DNA of 64,000 nt, taken from positions 620,001 to 684,000 of the forward strand of contig JBBPEB010000034.1 in assembly GCA_039096225.1 (NCBI GenBank). The letters run 5' to 3'. Positions 26,085-46,942 of this stretch are shown here, piece after piece. Positions within the stretch are counted from its first letter, which is position 1; each line of letters starts with the position of its first letter. This DNA is from Blastocystis sp. Blastoise (lineage: Eukaryota > Protista > Bigyra: Opalinata). The translations under genes and the position numbers were made by a program. The notes under the pieces were generated by a model. It ran no database searches. It had not been told where the DNA came from and was given only the letters and a program-made list of their open reading frames with translations.

Positions 26085-27872
26085 ATGAAATATATAAGTA
26101 CCCGAGGAGGGACTCAACAATGTAATTTTTCCAAAACTCTTTTATATTCTGTTGCAAAGAATGGTGGATATTTTTATCCAGAAACGATTCCTAAAATATC
26201 AAAATCTGAATTAGAATCATGGAAAGTATGTTTGATATAGAATCTAATAGAAATTCATATTTTGAACACTAATCAATTTAGGATTTTACGTATGAACAAA
26301 TTTGTACAGAGGTTCTATCTCGCTTTATTGATGAAGAAACATGTCCTAAAGATGATTTATATAATATTATTTGTACTTCTTATTCAGGATTTGATACAAA
26401 AGAAAGAATTCCTGTAAGTTAAAGAATTTGTTGAGATTTATGTTTGTATTTTTTATATATAGATAAAACAAATAGGAAATGACTTTTTTGCTGAATTTTA
26501 TCATGGACCTTCACTGAGTGACAGTGATTTCCCAATGCAATTCCTGGGTAATTATCTTCAGTATTATGTGGATCATCACATTAAAGATCATAAGAATGAA
26601 TTTGTATGCATTTGTTTTTCATTAATTTTGATAATTTTTTTTTGTGAATAGTTTTATAAATTTTTTTATAATATTTTTTATAATATTTTGATAAATATTT
26701 TTTGTGAATATTTTTATAAATATTTTTTATAAATATTCTTATAAATATTTTTTATAAATATTTGTATAATATTTTTTATAAATAATTTTTATGTCTCTTT
26801 ATAGAATAAAATCATTACAGTTGTTATTGGTTCTCAGTCGAACTCAGGTATTCAATATTATTATTTCTATACTAATATTATATTATATCTTTTCTTTTCT
26901 TTCTTTGTCTCTAGGTCCCGCATGCCTTCAAGCATTGAAATCCAAGAGTGAATTAATATCATGTTATGCACTATATTCTTCTATTGATGTTCGTCGTGTA
27001 GCAGAGAAAGAAATGATTAACGTTATGGGTACATCTGTACATTGTGTTCATGTTGTTGTATAAATATATATATTTATTTATAGTCTATCTTTCTCACTTT
27101 ATATATTATTAAATAATTATATATATATTATTCTAATATAAGAGTACTGTATATTGATTAGTATAATAATTATAATATATACATATATATATACAGGATG
27201 CATGTACTTGTCAAATTTTACAATCTTTAGAAAAGATGTTCTTAACTCATAAATTCGGTGAATATCAGTATTTAGTCTCTGGAAATGCACTAAACTGGTT
27301 CAGAGTTCTTCTAGAAATACCGTATTCTTTATATTATTATATTATAGATTTTTTTATTATATTATATATTATTATATATTATTTTTATTATATTATATAT
27401 TATTATATATTATTATGTTATTATATTATATATTATTCTATATTATTCTATTTTATGTAATATTATATACTATTTAAACTACTTACTTGTTTAATATCAA
27501 TTTTAGTTTATTATTACATTTATATATATATATAGTTTTTATTTCTATACTTATCTCAAAGCCAGTGCTATTCAAAAAGGTCATTTCTCAATAGCAACTA
27601 ATACGTCTAATTTAACATCTGTTATGGCGGGAATATTTGCGCGGGAAATGGGTTTATCTTATGACCATCTATTAGTCTCTTGTAAAGATGACGATCCCTT
27701 CGTCGATTTCATGACCACAGGTATCTTTAACTTCAAATCTTATGCTACTACTACTGTATATATATTTATTGCTACTTTTATTCTTTCTAGTATTATATAT
27801 ATATTTCATAAGATTCTATCTTCATATTATTATGTTATATATTTATCTATCTTTATATGCTAATAATACTTT

Positions 27873-27904
<32 letters not shown>

Positions 27905-28753
27905 GGATCCAAAAGGACCATCCATAAAAGGAAATTGTCAATTTAATTTTGAGAGACTATTATATTATCTCTATAATGACGGTGGCAAAGTAAGTACTAT
28001 CCTTCAACTAAATAATCCAAGTAAGTACATTTTATTACTTATATACAGTAATATCTATTATTATTACTAATATTATTGCTTTATATATAATACTTTAATA
28101 TATTTCCTTTATCAAATATTATACTAATTCATTTTTTTATGTCTCTACATTATATATATATAGATATAGATCATTACACCGTAGATCTTCATTTAATTCA
28201 AAAGAAACTTTCCTTTTTATATGTTAAGAATATATCTAATGAATTATCTGTAGAAGTCTCTAGAGAATGCGCTAAGAATAAGTATATTTATATATATATT
28301 TATATAGATTTATAATATATATTTTACACTCACAATATTGAAAATATTATTATTATATGTATAATTATATACATATATATATAGATTATATATATGTCCT
28401 CATACTGCTTCATCACTAGCTGTCGCACAAGCTTATAAAAAGGAACACAAAAACACAAAAGTAATTGTGTTCTCCCTTGCTAATTGTGGTAAATATCCTT
28501 ATCACATGGCAACAGTGCTTCAATCTCCTCCTGGAACTCTTGTTCCTTCCTATATTCTAAAGTATATATATATATATATATAACATAAAATAACTATCTT
28601 TCTTCTTTCTTTTATAAGATTCTATATCTTTTATTTATATATAGTTTGAATACTGTTAGTACACGTAAGGTGAGTATTAACTATGATTATGATGAAATTG
28701 AACGATATATATTCTCCTCTGCGTGGGATAGCATGAAACAATATCAAAATTAA
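26085..28753 (+). CDS. Threonine synthase-like protein (fungal/animal type) lacking the PLP lysine
   Basis: MKYISTRGG, GGYFYPETIP, EFYHGPSLSDSDF, GNALNWFRVL, AREMGL, NFERLLY, ICPHTA. Intact spliced ORF ending TAA at 28751-28753. Confidence 0.88.
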
Positions 28754-29305
28754 TTTGATTATTTTTTCATATTTAACATTCATATTTCCATTTTATTGTC
28801 TTTATATTTTTGTAATATAACCTTCTACTTTTTCTTTCTGTATATAAAATTTTTATATTTGCTTCTTTTTGTTATTTAGTTCAACATTTGAAAAAAAAAG
28901 ATCTTCTTTTAATCGTTTTGTTATATATATATATATATATTTCAGAATTAAATAATTTAATTAAACCTCATGACAATTCAATTTTAAAGCAAAACAATAA
29001 TATCTCCTAAGATCAGCACATTTTTCCCCATTTGAAATATAAAAATACATGTATAAAAAATTAATATCACTCTAGACCTATATTTAGAAGACTAATTGAT
29101 AGGAACTTAAAAATCATCCATAATCAAGTAAATTGTAATTATTTTGCAAACAAAAGATCGCAGTTTCTATAAACGCGTGTTTAAATTTTTATCGATGCAA
29201 TCTATATAATATCTCTAATAATAATTTATAATAAGGAAAACCAAATAAAGAAACAGAGCAAAAAATAAAAAAGAAGTTTTTTTTATTACACTTTTTTGTC
29301 GAAAG

Positions 29306-30253
29306 ATGCAACTTGATGATACAAATGCAATTGTAGAGAGTCTTATGGATGTCTTTGACGAGAACTGTTTGAAGAATAACAAGTTACAACAACTTGTTTT
29401 CGTATTCATTGCGTTAAGTATATATATATATTCATTTTATCTTAGAAAATGATTAGCGTTCGTATGTGTTGTCTCTTCAATAACAATAAGAATTGTCTTC
29501 CTGGAGATGTTGAAAGAATACTCGATTACTCTGATCTTTTCACTCTACTTATACTGCTTGTTTTGCTTCCTATACTTTTATATCAACGTCATTCTTGTGA
29601 ATCCAGTATTTATTTTGTAATTATTAAAGTCTTATATAAATTAGGGTCATCCTTCAAATTCAGAGAATCAGAAGGATCCAGAAAATCAGTCATTAATAGG
29701 CAATAACAGTAATAATCATATGAATAAAAATAATCTTGAATATTGTGTGTATTGTATGTTATTTTTCATTGTTATTCAATTATATTTTATATATATTATT
29801 ATATTTTATAGGTAACACGTATCGACCAATAGGATGCCATCATTGTTCGACGTGTAATAAATGTATACTTAGAGTATATATATGTATATTATTATATTTA
29901 ATATTTCGATGGCATATATAATTATATTTTTTTTGCATTGTATATATAATTATATATATATATATATATATATATAATTATATATATAGATGGATCATCA
30001 TTGTACATGGTGTGCAAATTGCATTGGATATTATAATCATAGATATTTTATTTGTTTTTTATTTTATGGATTACTTGTGTATTTTATCAGTTTCAGTGCT
30101 ATTCTTTATTGTTATCGACATATTAATTTATCTATTTATGCACATACTATTCGATATAATCTCTTATTTGGTTTCCTTTTCTCTTTGGCAGCTATCTTGG
30201 TATTTACTATATACTTAATTTGGCAATTCTCAGCAATTCTGAAGGGCTTAGTA

Positions 30254-30297
<44 letters not shown>

Positions 30298-30669
30298 TGT
30301 ATATGATTTATTAAATCCAAATATTCAACAACAACATGCTCAAGAAGTATCCATATATATATATATATATATAGTATTTTCTGTAATTCTAATATATATA
30401 CTCTCTATATATATATTATTATTTATATCTATAGTCATTGAATCACGATCATAATTCTATTATTCAACATCTTAAAATCATTTTTGGAGAACATTTGTAT
30501 ATATATATATATATATTCAATAATATACATATATTCAATAATATACATATATTCAATATTATACATATATTCATTAATATATGAATATATTCATTTATTC
30601 AATATATATAGATATTTAGCTTTGTTGCCAGTTTCATCTACACTTCATAATGATCAAATATTTTATTAA
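29306..30669 (+). CDS. DHHC palmitoyltransferase
   Basis: CVYCNTYRPIGCHHCSTCNKCILR|MDHHCTWCANCIGYYNHRYF flanked by TM segments. First intron 29418-29456. Confidence 0.93.
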
Positions 30670-30716
30670 TATAATTCCAGTAACATACACTAGTAAATCT
30701 CATTATATTTATTATC

Positions 30717-30794
<78 letters not shown>

Positions 30795-31891
30795 CTATTC
30801 TATTATTAAGGTCATCTTTAACATTTCTTTTCTTATTATTATTCGCATCTTCATTATATTTATATATTATTATTAAATCTTTTTTTTACTATTTCTTTTT
30901 TGCATTATACGAAAGTATTGATTAGTCTTTATGCTATATTATTTTGGTGGTTTATTGTTATGTGTTTTTCTACTATATGAACTATTTATAGTATTGATTA
31001 AACAAATTTAAAATAAATTTTAATTGTCATTAGAGAAGATTGAATAAAGTTTATATATCTTGAAAACAGTAACATATAAAACAATGGAATGAAATCCTAA
31101 ACAAAACACTATAAAATATGAAGATAACAGAGAGTATTAGATTAATATAAATATATTTCTATTTATAAAAAATAGCAAAAAATGTATGGATAACAGAATA
31201 TATAATTATTAAAAAAGTGTGTAGAAAAAAGTATATGAAATGAATGACATAAAAAAAAACTTGAGAAGCAAGAAATAGTGTAAATAGATGACTATATAAA
31301 AAATATCATCTAAACATAATCATATACTCATATATATATAATGAATAGAAAGAGAAGATAAATAAAAAAAAAGTATATATATAAATGTAAAACCACTAAA
31401 TGATGGAATGATTGAATAGCTATTATAATATAAATAGCATATATGATCATTTTAAGATTGTTGATAATATATATATATTAATGATATAAAGAAAAAAGGA
31501 ATGTAATAGAGTTTTGAAAAAGCTATAAATAGTGTATATTATATATATAATATATAATATATAATATAATATATATATATATATTAATAAAAAAAAACTA
31601 GTAAAGAGTATTCTATAAATAAGAAGTGATGGTAAATATTATTAAAAATGAAATTCAAAGAGAATAAGAGAATTAATATGAATTGTAAAGTAATATAATA
31701 TGAAAGTTAAAGAAAATGAAGAGTAAAAAGACATGAATAAGTAGAAAATATATAAATTAACTATATTAATAGTTAAAAAAAAGTTTTATCAAAAGTGAGT
31801 TGTATATAAATAAAAAAAAAAAAAAGAAATAATAAAAATAATAATATATTTTAAAATTAATGATAAATAAATATATTGAATCTAAAATATA

Positions 31892-31948
<57 letters not shown>

Positions 31949-32996
31949 CAATTATAATAAATAGTTTTCAAAAGGGCATCAACAGAAGCATAAAATAATT
32001 ATATATATATATTATATATATATATATAAAGAGAGAGAGAGAGAGAGGTTTAAAAATGATATATATAGAAATAGAATAATAGTAAATATAAAGTATTGAT
32101 ATAGTCAACTGATGAGGACATATATAAAAATAAGAGAATAGATAGAAGAGAATAAAAGGAAATAATAAAAATAATTCCTTAGATTTATAGAAAAGAAAAC
32201 ATTTGAATAAATATATATATGTAGAAGAAAGAGAAAAGAAGAGAAAAATATGGAAAACTCATATACAATAAAAATAAAAGATATAGAGATAGATAGAGTA
32301 TAGATGAATAATGATATATATATATGTATAGTATATAAATATATAAAAAGGTATAATAAATTGATAATAAAAGAAACAGTTCTATAATAGAGAATATATC
32401 TGTATATATTAAAATTATGATAAGAATAGAATGACAAGAGAGGAATCATGTCAAAGAATTTAATTATATATATATATATATAAATAAAAATAGAAAGTAT
32501 CTTAAGTGAATAGACTAGATACAACAAGAAATAAAATATTATAATATATATATAAATATTAAAAATTCATATATATGTAAATAAAAGCTTTATACTTATA
32601 GATAAATGATATAAATAATATAGGATAGCTATTTTATATATGTATATATATATATATATATATAATTATATACATAACAAAGCCTATAAAATGAAATATT
32701 TAAGCGAAATAGTACTGAATTGAGATTAATATATATACTTATAAAACAATAAATTCAAAAATAGAATTCAGAATTTATATGCAAAAATAAATTAAAAAAA
32801 TAGAAGTATATATATATTTATATATAGAAATAAATTAATATTAAATTAAATAAAAAAAAAATGACATAAATATTGTATTATTAATCTAAAAGCAAAAAAA
32901 TAAAAAATAAAAAATAAAAATAAAAAAAAAAAAAAAACAAGATTCAAAATATAATATAACCTATATATAGAAACAGAAACAATTAAGAGAAATAAG

Positions 32997-34109
32997 TTAT
33001 AATTTCTCTTTTAACCACTGAAGGATGAGTCCCCGCGGTTCTACAGTACATCCAGTTTCTGGATCATCTGCTGATAATCTTTTGGGATTAAAAAGAAATT
33101 TCGTAACTGATTTAGCATGAATCATAGCTTTATCTTGTCTATATAAAGAAGATTCACTATTAATATAGGTATAAGAAGCAGACATTAGAAGTACATCTTG
33201 TTTTATTTTAGGACATATGTCCTTTAGAGAATAAGTAGAAATGTCATCAATGTATGCCATCATCGTAGGTATATTCTTCACAATTCGAAATCGATTGTTT
33301 ATTGCATAAAGAGCATAATTACGTTTTGTTTTCTTTGAGTTTTCAAATGAAAATGGATTTAAATGAAGAAGACGATGAATTGGCATAAACAAACGAATAA
33401 AAGGAGTTGTGATATCACGAACCAAAGGAACATAATCAAATATAGGGTTAATAAGAATTAGTTGTTTAATTCTATCATCGTATGAAGCTGCACGGCTACT
33501 CCAATAACAACCAACAACATAACCACAAACAATACAAGAAGTAATTTTAAAATAATCCAAAAGCGATGATATATACTTATCAGAATTCTCATTACTGTAT
33601 AAACCTTTTAAAAAAGAACTACCTTGACCAGGAGCATCACAAAGGTATACTGTAAATCCTTCTGATACAAGTGGATCAAGAAAAGCAACAAATTCCTCAG
33701 CATAAGACCAAGCATCTGTACAGAAAATAAGCTTATGCTTTTCTTCTGGTGACTTTAGAATAATACAACTTAATGATCCATCACCAAAAGGAATATTTTT
33801 ATTTTCTAGATTGATACCCATATCACTGAATGCATGATAGAAGCATTCTAACGATTGAGTATATAAAGATTCTAATTCAGGAGTTGATAAATCCAAAAAT
33901 GTTTGAGCCATTTTGAAATAATAACCAGCATGAAGGTATCTATTCTGTCTCAAAGCATTTTGAGCCAGTTTTTTCCATTCTTTCAACCATTCTTCTGTTG
34001 TTTGAATGGTAGATACCATTGGAAGCACTTCACCCATATCACAAATGACTTGGCCAGAATCAATAAATGGATGAAGAATATAATTAATATCTTCTTGTTT
34101 GAGTAACAT
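32997..34109 (-). CDS. Intronless alpha/beta-hydrolase fold protein (FrsA / 2,6-dihydropseudooxynicotine hydrolase-like), catalytic Ser replaced
   Basis: 370-aa uninterrupted ORF with EEWLKEWKKLA, AGYYFKMAQTF, IPFGDGSL, DAPGQGS, RAASYDDRIK, KIKQDVLLM. Nucleophile elbow reads GYVVG. Confidence 0.85.
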   Translation of the reverse strand: MLLKQEDINYILHPFIDSGQVICDMGEVLPMVSTIQTTEEWLKEWKKLAQNALRQNRYLHAGYYFKMAQTFLDLSTPELESLYTQSLECFYHAFSDMGINLENKNIPFGDGSLSCIILKSPEEKHKLIFCTDAWSYAEEFVAFLDPLVSEGFTVYLCDAPGQGSSFLKGLYSNENSDKYISSLLDYFKITSCIVCGYVVGCYWSSRAASYDDRIKQLILINPIFDYVPLVRDITTPFIRLFMPIHRLLHLNPFSFENSKKTKRNYALYAINNRFRIVKNIPTMMAYIDDISTYSLKDICPKIKQDVLLMSASYTYINSESSLYRQDKAMIHAKSVTKFLFNPKRLSADDPETGCTVEPRGLILQWLKEKL

Positions 34110-34170
34110 AAGAAATAAAAAAATATATATAAGGAAGGGTAAAAGAAAGAAAAAAAAGACACACGATTTG

Positions 34171-34306
34171 ATTGGTTAATTTGTTGTCATTCTCCAATGA
34201 TCTTTACTTATTTTGGTTAATAAGTATATGATTGGATTTCTATCTTGTTTACCCAAAAAGTATGAGAATAATGGCTTCGCCTCTTTATGGTCGATATATT
34301 GATTGG
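34171..34306 (-). promoter_or_regulatory. Cluster of four CCAAT/ATTGG boxes upstream of the hydrolase
   Basis: ATTGG at 34171, 34231 and 34302, CCAAT at 34194; all 60-200 bp upstream of the ATG. Confidence 0.4.
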
Positions 34307-34625
34307 TGGATCATATGACGAAAACGAACTCAACTTGTTTTTAGTAAATGAATTAAGAATTGTTTTTATATGCGTTTTCTTGTATTTATAATGATAAACT
34401 ATGATTTTTAAATATTATTTATTTGATTAATAAAATCTAAGATTGTTCACTGATAAAAGAATATATGGAATATAGATTTATATGAAAAAATAAAATTAAA
34501 TTAAATACTTTGAAAACAAATATTTCTTTAAATAATAAGTTATATCCATGTAAATAATTGCGGTAAGAAGTTAAACAATAAAAGTAAAATGAAAAGAATT
34601 ATGTAGAAGAAGAAGAAAGAGCATT

Positions 34626-37954
<3,329 letters not shown>

Positions 37955-38412
37955 GTCAACTAATAAACAGGAACAATTAGCTTCTTAACAAATGTACAAT
38001 TTAATCTAAACGATAAAGAATATCATTTTCTTAAGAAATGAAGTCATTCTAGACGAATTCCATTTGTTTCCCTATAAAACTGAATTCCCCATAATTATTT
38101 TTTCTTTAGATTCAAATAATACTTTATTGGTGTTTTCTTAACTCTATACAATATATTTACGTGATATTGATTGTTTCATCAAATGTAAATGATGTCTAGG
38201 AATAAATAAATAATTTATGACAATGAAATTGTTGTTTTATTAAGTAATATTTTATTATAATTGGCTTTTTATCGTTGTAAATATAAAGATAAAGACGAAA
38301 TATATAACACAGCAAAACTAAGCAATAAATTTTATTTTAAAAACAGATGAATAACACAAAAAAGAGTGAAAAAGCAAAATAGTCAAGACAGAGCATGAAC
38401 AATGAGATCACA

Positions 38413-42765
<4,353 letters not shown>

Positions 42766-43277
42766 AAATCTAAAAATATAAAATAACTTTTTTTAAATAA
42801 CAAACGATATTCAATACTGTTTTTCGTTTTATTATTTTTATATGTAGTTGATACATACTTAGGTCGTGTGAATAAACATTGTAAATTCTATATTAAAAGA
42901 GTAATTATATAATTATTGATTAAATTGTTGAGATAATAAAATATTTAATGTTCTTTGAAGATCTTTATAATGTAAATATTGTTTTTGATCCACTTTGATT
43001 GTTGATTTTGAATAAATGAAGAATTGAAATTGACAAAAAATCTTCAAAATAATATGTATATTCATAATTGCAGTTTTAATTTGTTGGTATTTTTAATTTT
43101 AGTTTCAGATCAATAACAAAACAACTTATATTAAGAAAAAAACTATTTTATTTTAAATGATAATAAATGGAAAGAACTATAAAAGAATAGAATAATTGGA
43201 ATTGATGTAATATGATGAATCTCAAGGTTATTTAATTAGTCATCATAAAGAATTGTATATAAAAGATAAAACAAGGT

Positions 43278-43681
43278 TTAGTAGACTTTAATAGGTTCAT
43301 CTTTGTCAGCGTTAGTAGTAGAGACAGGAGCAGGAGTGACAGACTCGTCGTCATCCATAAGTTTCATACCAAGAGCCGTTTCAAGTTTAGCGACAGCTTC
43401 ATCAGGAATTTTATAAGAGCAATAATTATTTCCAGGGAATTGTTTGGAAACAATTTCATCTTTAAATGTACAAAGAGCCTTATGGACTTCAAGACCTATT
43501 TGTGCATACTGCTTACAGAAGGAAGGAGTAGCCTAGATTCGAATAATATATAATAAGAAGAAGAACAAGAATATATAATATATAATATATTATATATAAT
43601 AATGTATATATGTATATATATATACTTGAGCATGGTGAGGATGTTGGAGCATACCCAAAATATCATGATAGACAAGAATCT

Positions 43682-43724
<43 letters not shown>

Positions 43725-45202
43725 TATATATATACTTGTCCGGAGACATAAGGTCCACTGCCGATACCTATTGTGGGAATATGAATACTCTTCGTAATAG
43801 CTTTACCTACAAGAGGAGGAACCTATATATATATATATAGAAGATATATATATATATATATATATATGCTATATATAGAGAATATTAATATTGAAAAGTG
43901 AGATAGAATAAAGAATATATCCATATATATAGAAGATAGAATATAATAAAAACTAGAAATATACGCATTCAATAACAACACTGAAGCATCCAGCGTTTTC
44001 AAGAGCAATAGCATCTTCAATAACCTTCATAGCATTATCAACTATATATAAGTAGAAGAAGAAGAGAATAATGAAATATGAATATAAGGATTATATATAT
44101 TTATTATATAAAGATGAGTATAATATACATGTTTTTCCTTGAACTCTAAATCCTCCTAAGTTCGATATACTTTGAGGAGTAAGACCTATATGGCCCTGTA
44201 CAGCAATACCTGCGTCAACGATATGACGCACTATATACAGATGATGTGTTATTAGGGATTGAAAAAGAAGAAGAAAAAAAATATAACAATCTTTTATTAT
44301 AAGTCTAATAAATAACATAAATAAAACATAAATAATAAAACATAAATATCATAAATAAAACATAAATAATAAAATATAAATATCATAAATAAAACATAAA
44401 TAATAAAATAAATATAATAAAAACATAATATCTCATATAAATACCTGTTTCAGCTCTCTTTTTCCCGCCTTCTAATTTGATGGCGTCAACGAATCCTTCC
44501 TTCATAAATCGGAGTGCATTTCTTAATCCATCTTCCTTAGAAACTTCCTATATATCAATTATATATCAATTATATATCAATTATATATCAATTATATATC
44601 AATTATATATCAATTATATATATATATACATAAGAACCAAAAGGCATATCACCGACAACTAAAGAAGCATGTGCACCTCTAAATATATATATATATATTT
44701 ATTTTATGAACTATATATATATATAGGATACCTAGTAACTGATTTACAATTATGAATCATATCTTCCATAGTTACAGGTAAAGTATTCTCATATCCCTAA
44801 AATAACACAAATATAAATAATTATTAACATTATTATTTAAAAAACAATACACAAAAGAGTTATTCAAACAAAGAGATAATAGAAAATACATCCCATGGTG
44901 ACCATACCAGAGGAATCACCTACTAAAATCATATCAAAACCAGCAGCATCAAGTAAAACACCTGCAGGGTAGTCGTATCCAGTACAACAAGCGATTTTCT
45001 CTCCTTTGCGATATTTACTTAAGATTGTTTGAGTTGTAACCTTCTTTCTTGGTATGGCAGGTTTTACAGCATCAGGATGAATAAAACGAGCACCAATGAC
45101 AGGTGTAGCCTTCAAGAGACCTATTATTTTGTAGAAAGATGAAACGTTACTATTCATACCTCTTGAAATACGTGAAGTATTCTTTAAGATAATACCTTGC
45201 AT
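43278..45202 (-). CDS. panB: 3-methyl-2-oxobutanoate hydroxymethyltransferase with N-terminal presequence
   Basis: [71 protein letters not shown]. Basic, acid-free N-terminus. Confidence 0.96.
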
Positions 45203-45612
45203 ATCCAGAAACAAAGGAAAGAAACAAAATTTTTTGTCTTTTTTTCTTACAAACTTGTTTTAAAGGAAAACACATCGCTTCCACTCAAAAATTGTGTGTA
45301 AGTCTGACAAATCATGTTTATTTGAAACGTCATCATTTCTCCTCCTTACTCTTTCGACTTCTTTTTCTCTTTTATTCCCTTTTTCTTTTTACTTATTTCC
45401 CATATATTTGTATTTTGTTATCGGCGTATACCATAAAACTTTTAATTTTTCTTATTAAGAAACGAGAAGCCTAAAAGAAGGATTTCTTATTGTTGTGACT
45501 TCTGTGAATAAATAGTTGGAAAGTGTCATAAAACGTAGAAGACAACACTGACAATATAAGATTGTAAAAATGATTTCATAAAATAACTAATAAAAAACTT
45601 AAAAAAATAAAA

Positions 45613-45798
45613 TTATTCAGATTTCTTTTCTTGACTTGTTCTGATGTTTGTTTTTGGTCTTAAAATACTTCTTGTATCATCGTGTAAATCAACATGTTCA
45701 ATTTTATTTGTTTGTTTTAAGTAGCTGACATAAAATGAAGCGCCGATACTGACTGTGAATACAGTAGCAAGAACAGTTTTAACAAATGTAGGATTCAT
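45613..45798 (-). CDS. 61-aa single-TM microprotein, unknown function
   Basis: Intronless, non-repetitive ORF MNPTFVKTVLATVFTVSIGASFYVSYLKQ... with exon-like base composition, between panB and CAPZA. Confidence 0.6.
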   Translation of the reverse strand: MNPTFVKTVLATVFTVSIGASFYVSYLKQTNKIEHVDLHDDTRSILRPKTNIRTSQEKKSE

Positions 45799-46341
45799 AT
45801 TGAAAAAGCACAATTTTAATAAAATAAAAAGAATTCTATGAAAACGTTTTTAAGATATTGGATAAATGGATGGAGTTTTAAAAATGAATATTATTCGTGA
45901 TTGATGAATATATAAACAATTCTTTTGATATTCAATGAATTTAAATAAAAAAATAATTAAATTAATTTCTTAAAAAGTGAGTGAAAATAAAAGTAGTATA
46001 CTAGAGACAACAAGAATAGTACTAATAACAAAAGGTAGTAGACAGATAGATAAGTATAATAGTATAAATTTAAAAAATATAATTGAAAAAGAGACTCATC
46101 GAGAATTACATTTATAAAACACAAAAAAAAATAAGTATAAATATATAGATTTAAAAAAAGGAGCTACTCTATAAGAATTATTAATAATTCCTAATATATA
46201 AATATTAGATATATAATAATATTTAGAACTATCTATAAAACATGAAGCAAAAACTGTGATTGAACTATTTAAAAAAACGAGACTATTCATTTAAAGTTAT
46301 ATATATATTATAATGAATAGAATTGAGTTGTATATAACGTT

Positions 46342-46897
46342 TTACTGTCTAAGATCTCTAACAATAAGATGAGCATTGACATTCCATTGGAACTTCATCT
46401 GAGTACGAGGCAAAAGACGTCTTAAAGACTAGAAGAATAGAAGAATAATAATTGATTCATTTATATATTTATATATATACTTTAATAACATCAGTTTTCA
46501 TACAAACAAACATACCATCAAGATTTCCCTAAAGATAGAATATAATAATAATATAATATAATAATAATATAATATAATAATATAATATAATATAATAATA
46601 ATATAATATAATATAATATAATATAATAATAATATAATATAATATTAAATAAAAAATAATAAAAAAAAAACAAATAATAGAATAGAATAGAATACTTGAA
46701 GTCCACTTTCGAATTGTTTAATAGAGTTAACAAGAGTAGTTGCATATTCTTTAGATTGAGTATCAAAAGTAGAAGAAGAGTACACTTTCTCATCATTCAT
46801 CTGAACGTTACCATTCTCATAGAAATGAGTGTGAATCTTCACGTTACCTTCTAACTATATATAATATATATTATATATAGAATAGTATTTATCAAAG

Positions 46898-46942
<45 letters not shown>

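Noticed and set aside
26085-28753. Calling the threonine synthase-like gene a pseudogene
   Set aside because: No frameshifts or premature stops and all splice sites are canonical; better treated as a pseudoenzyme.
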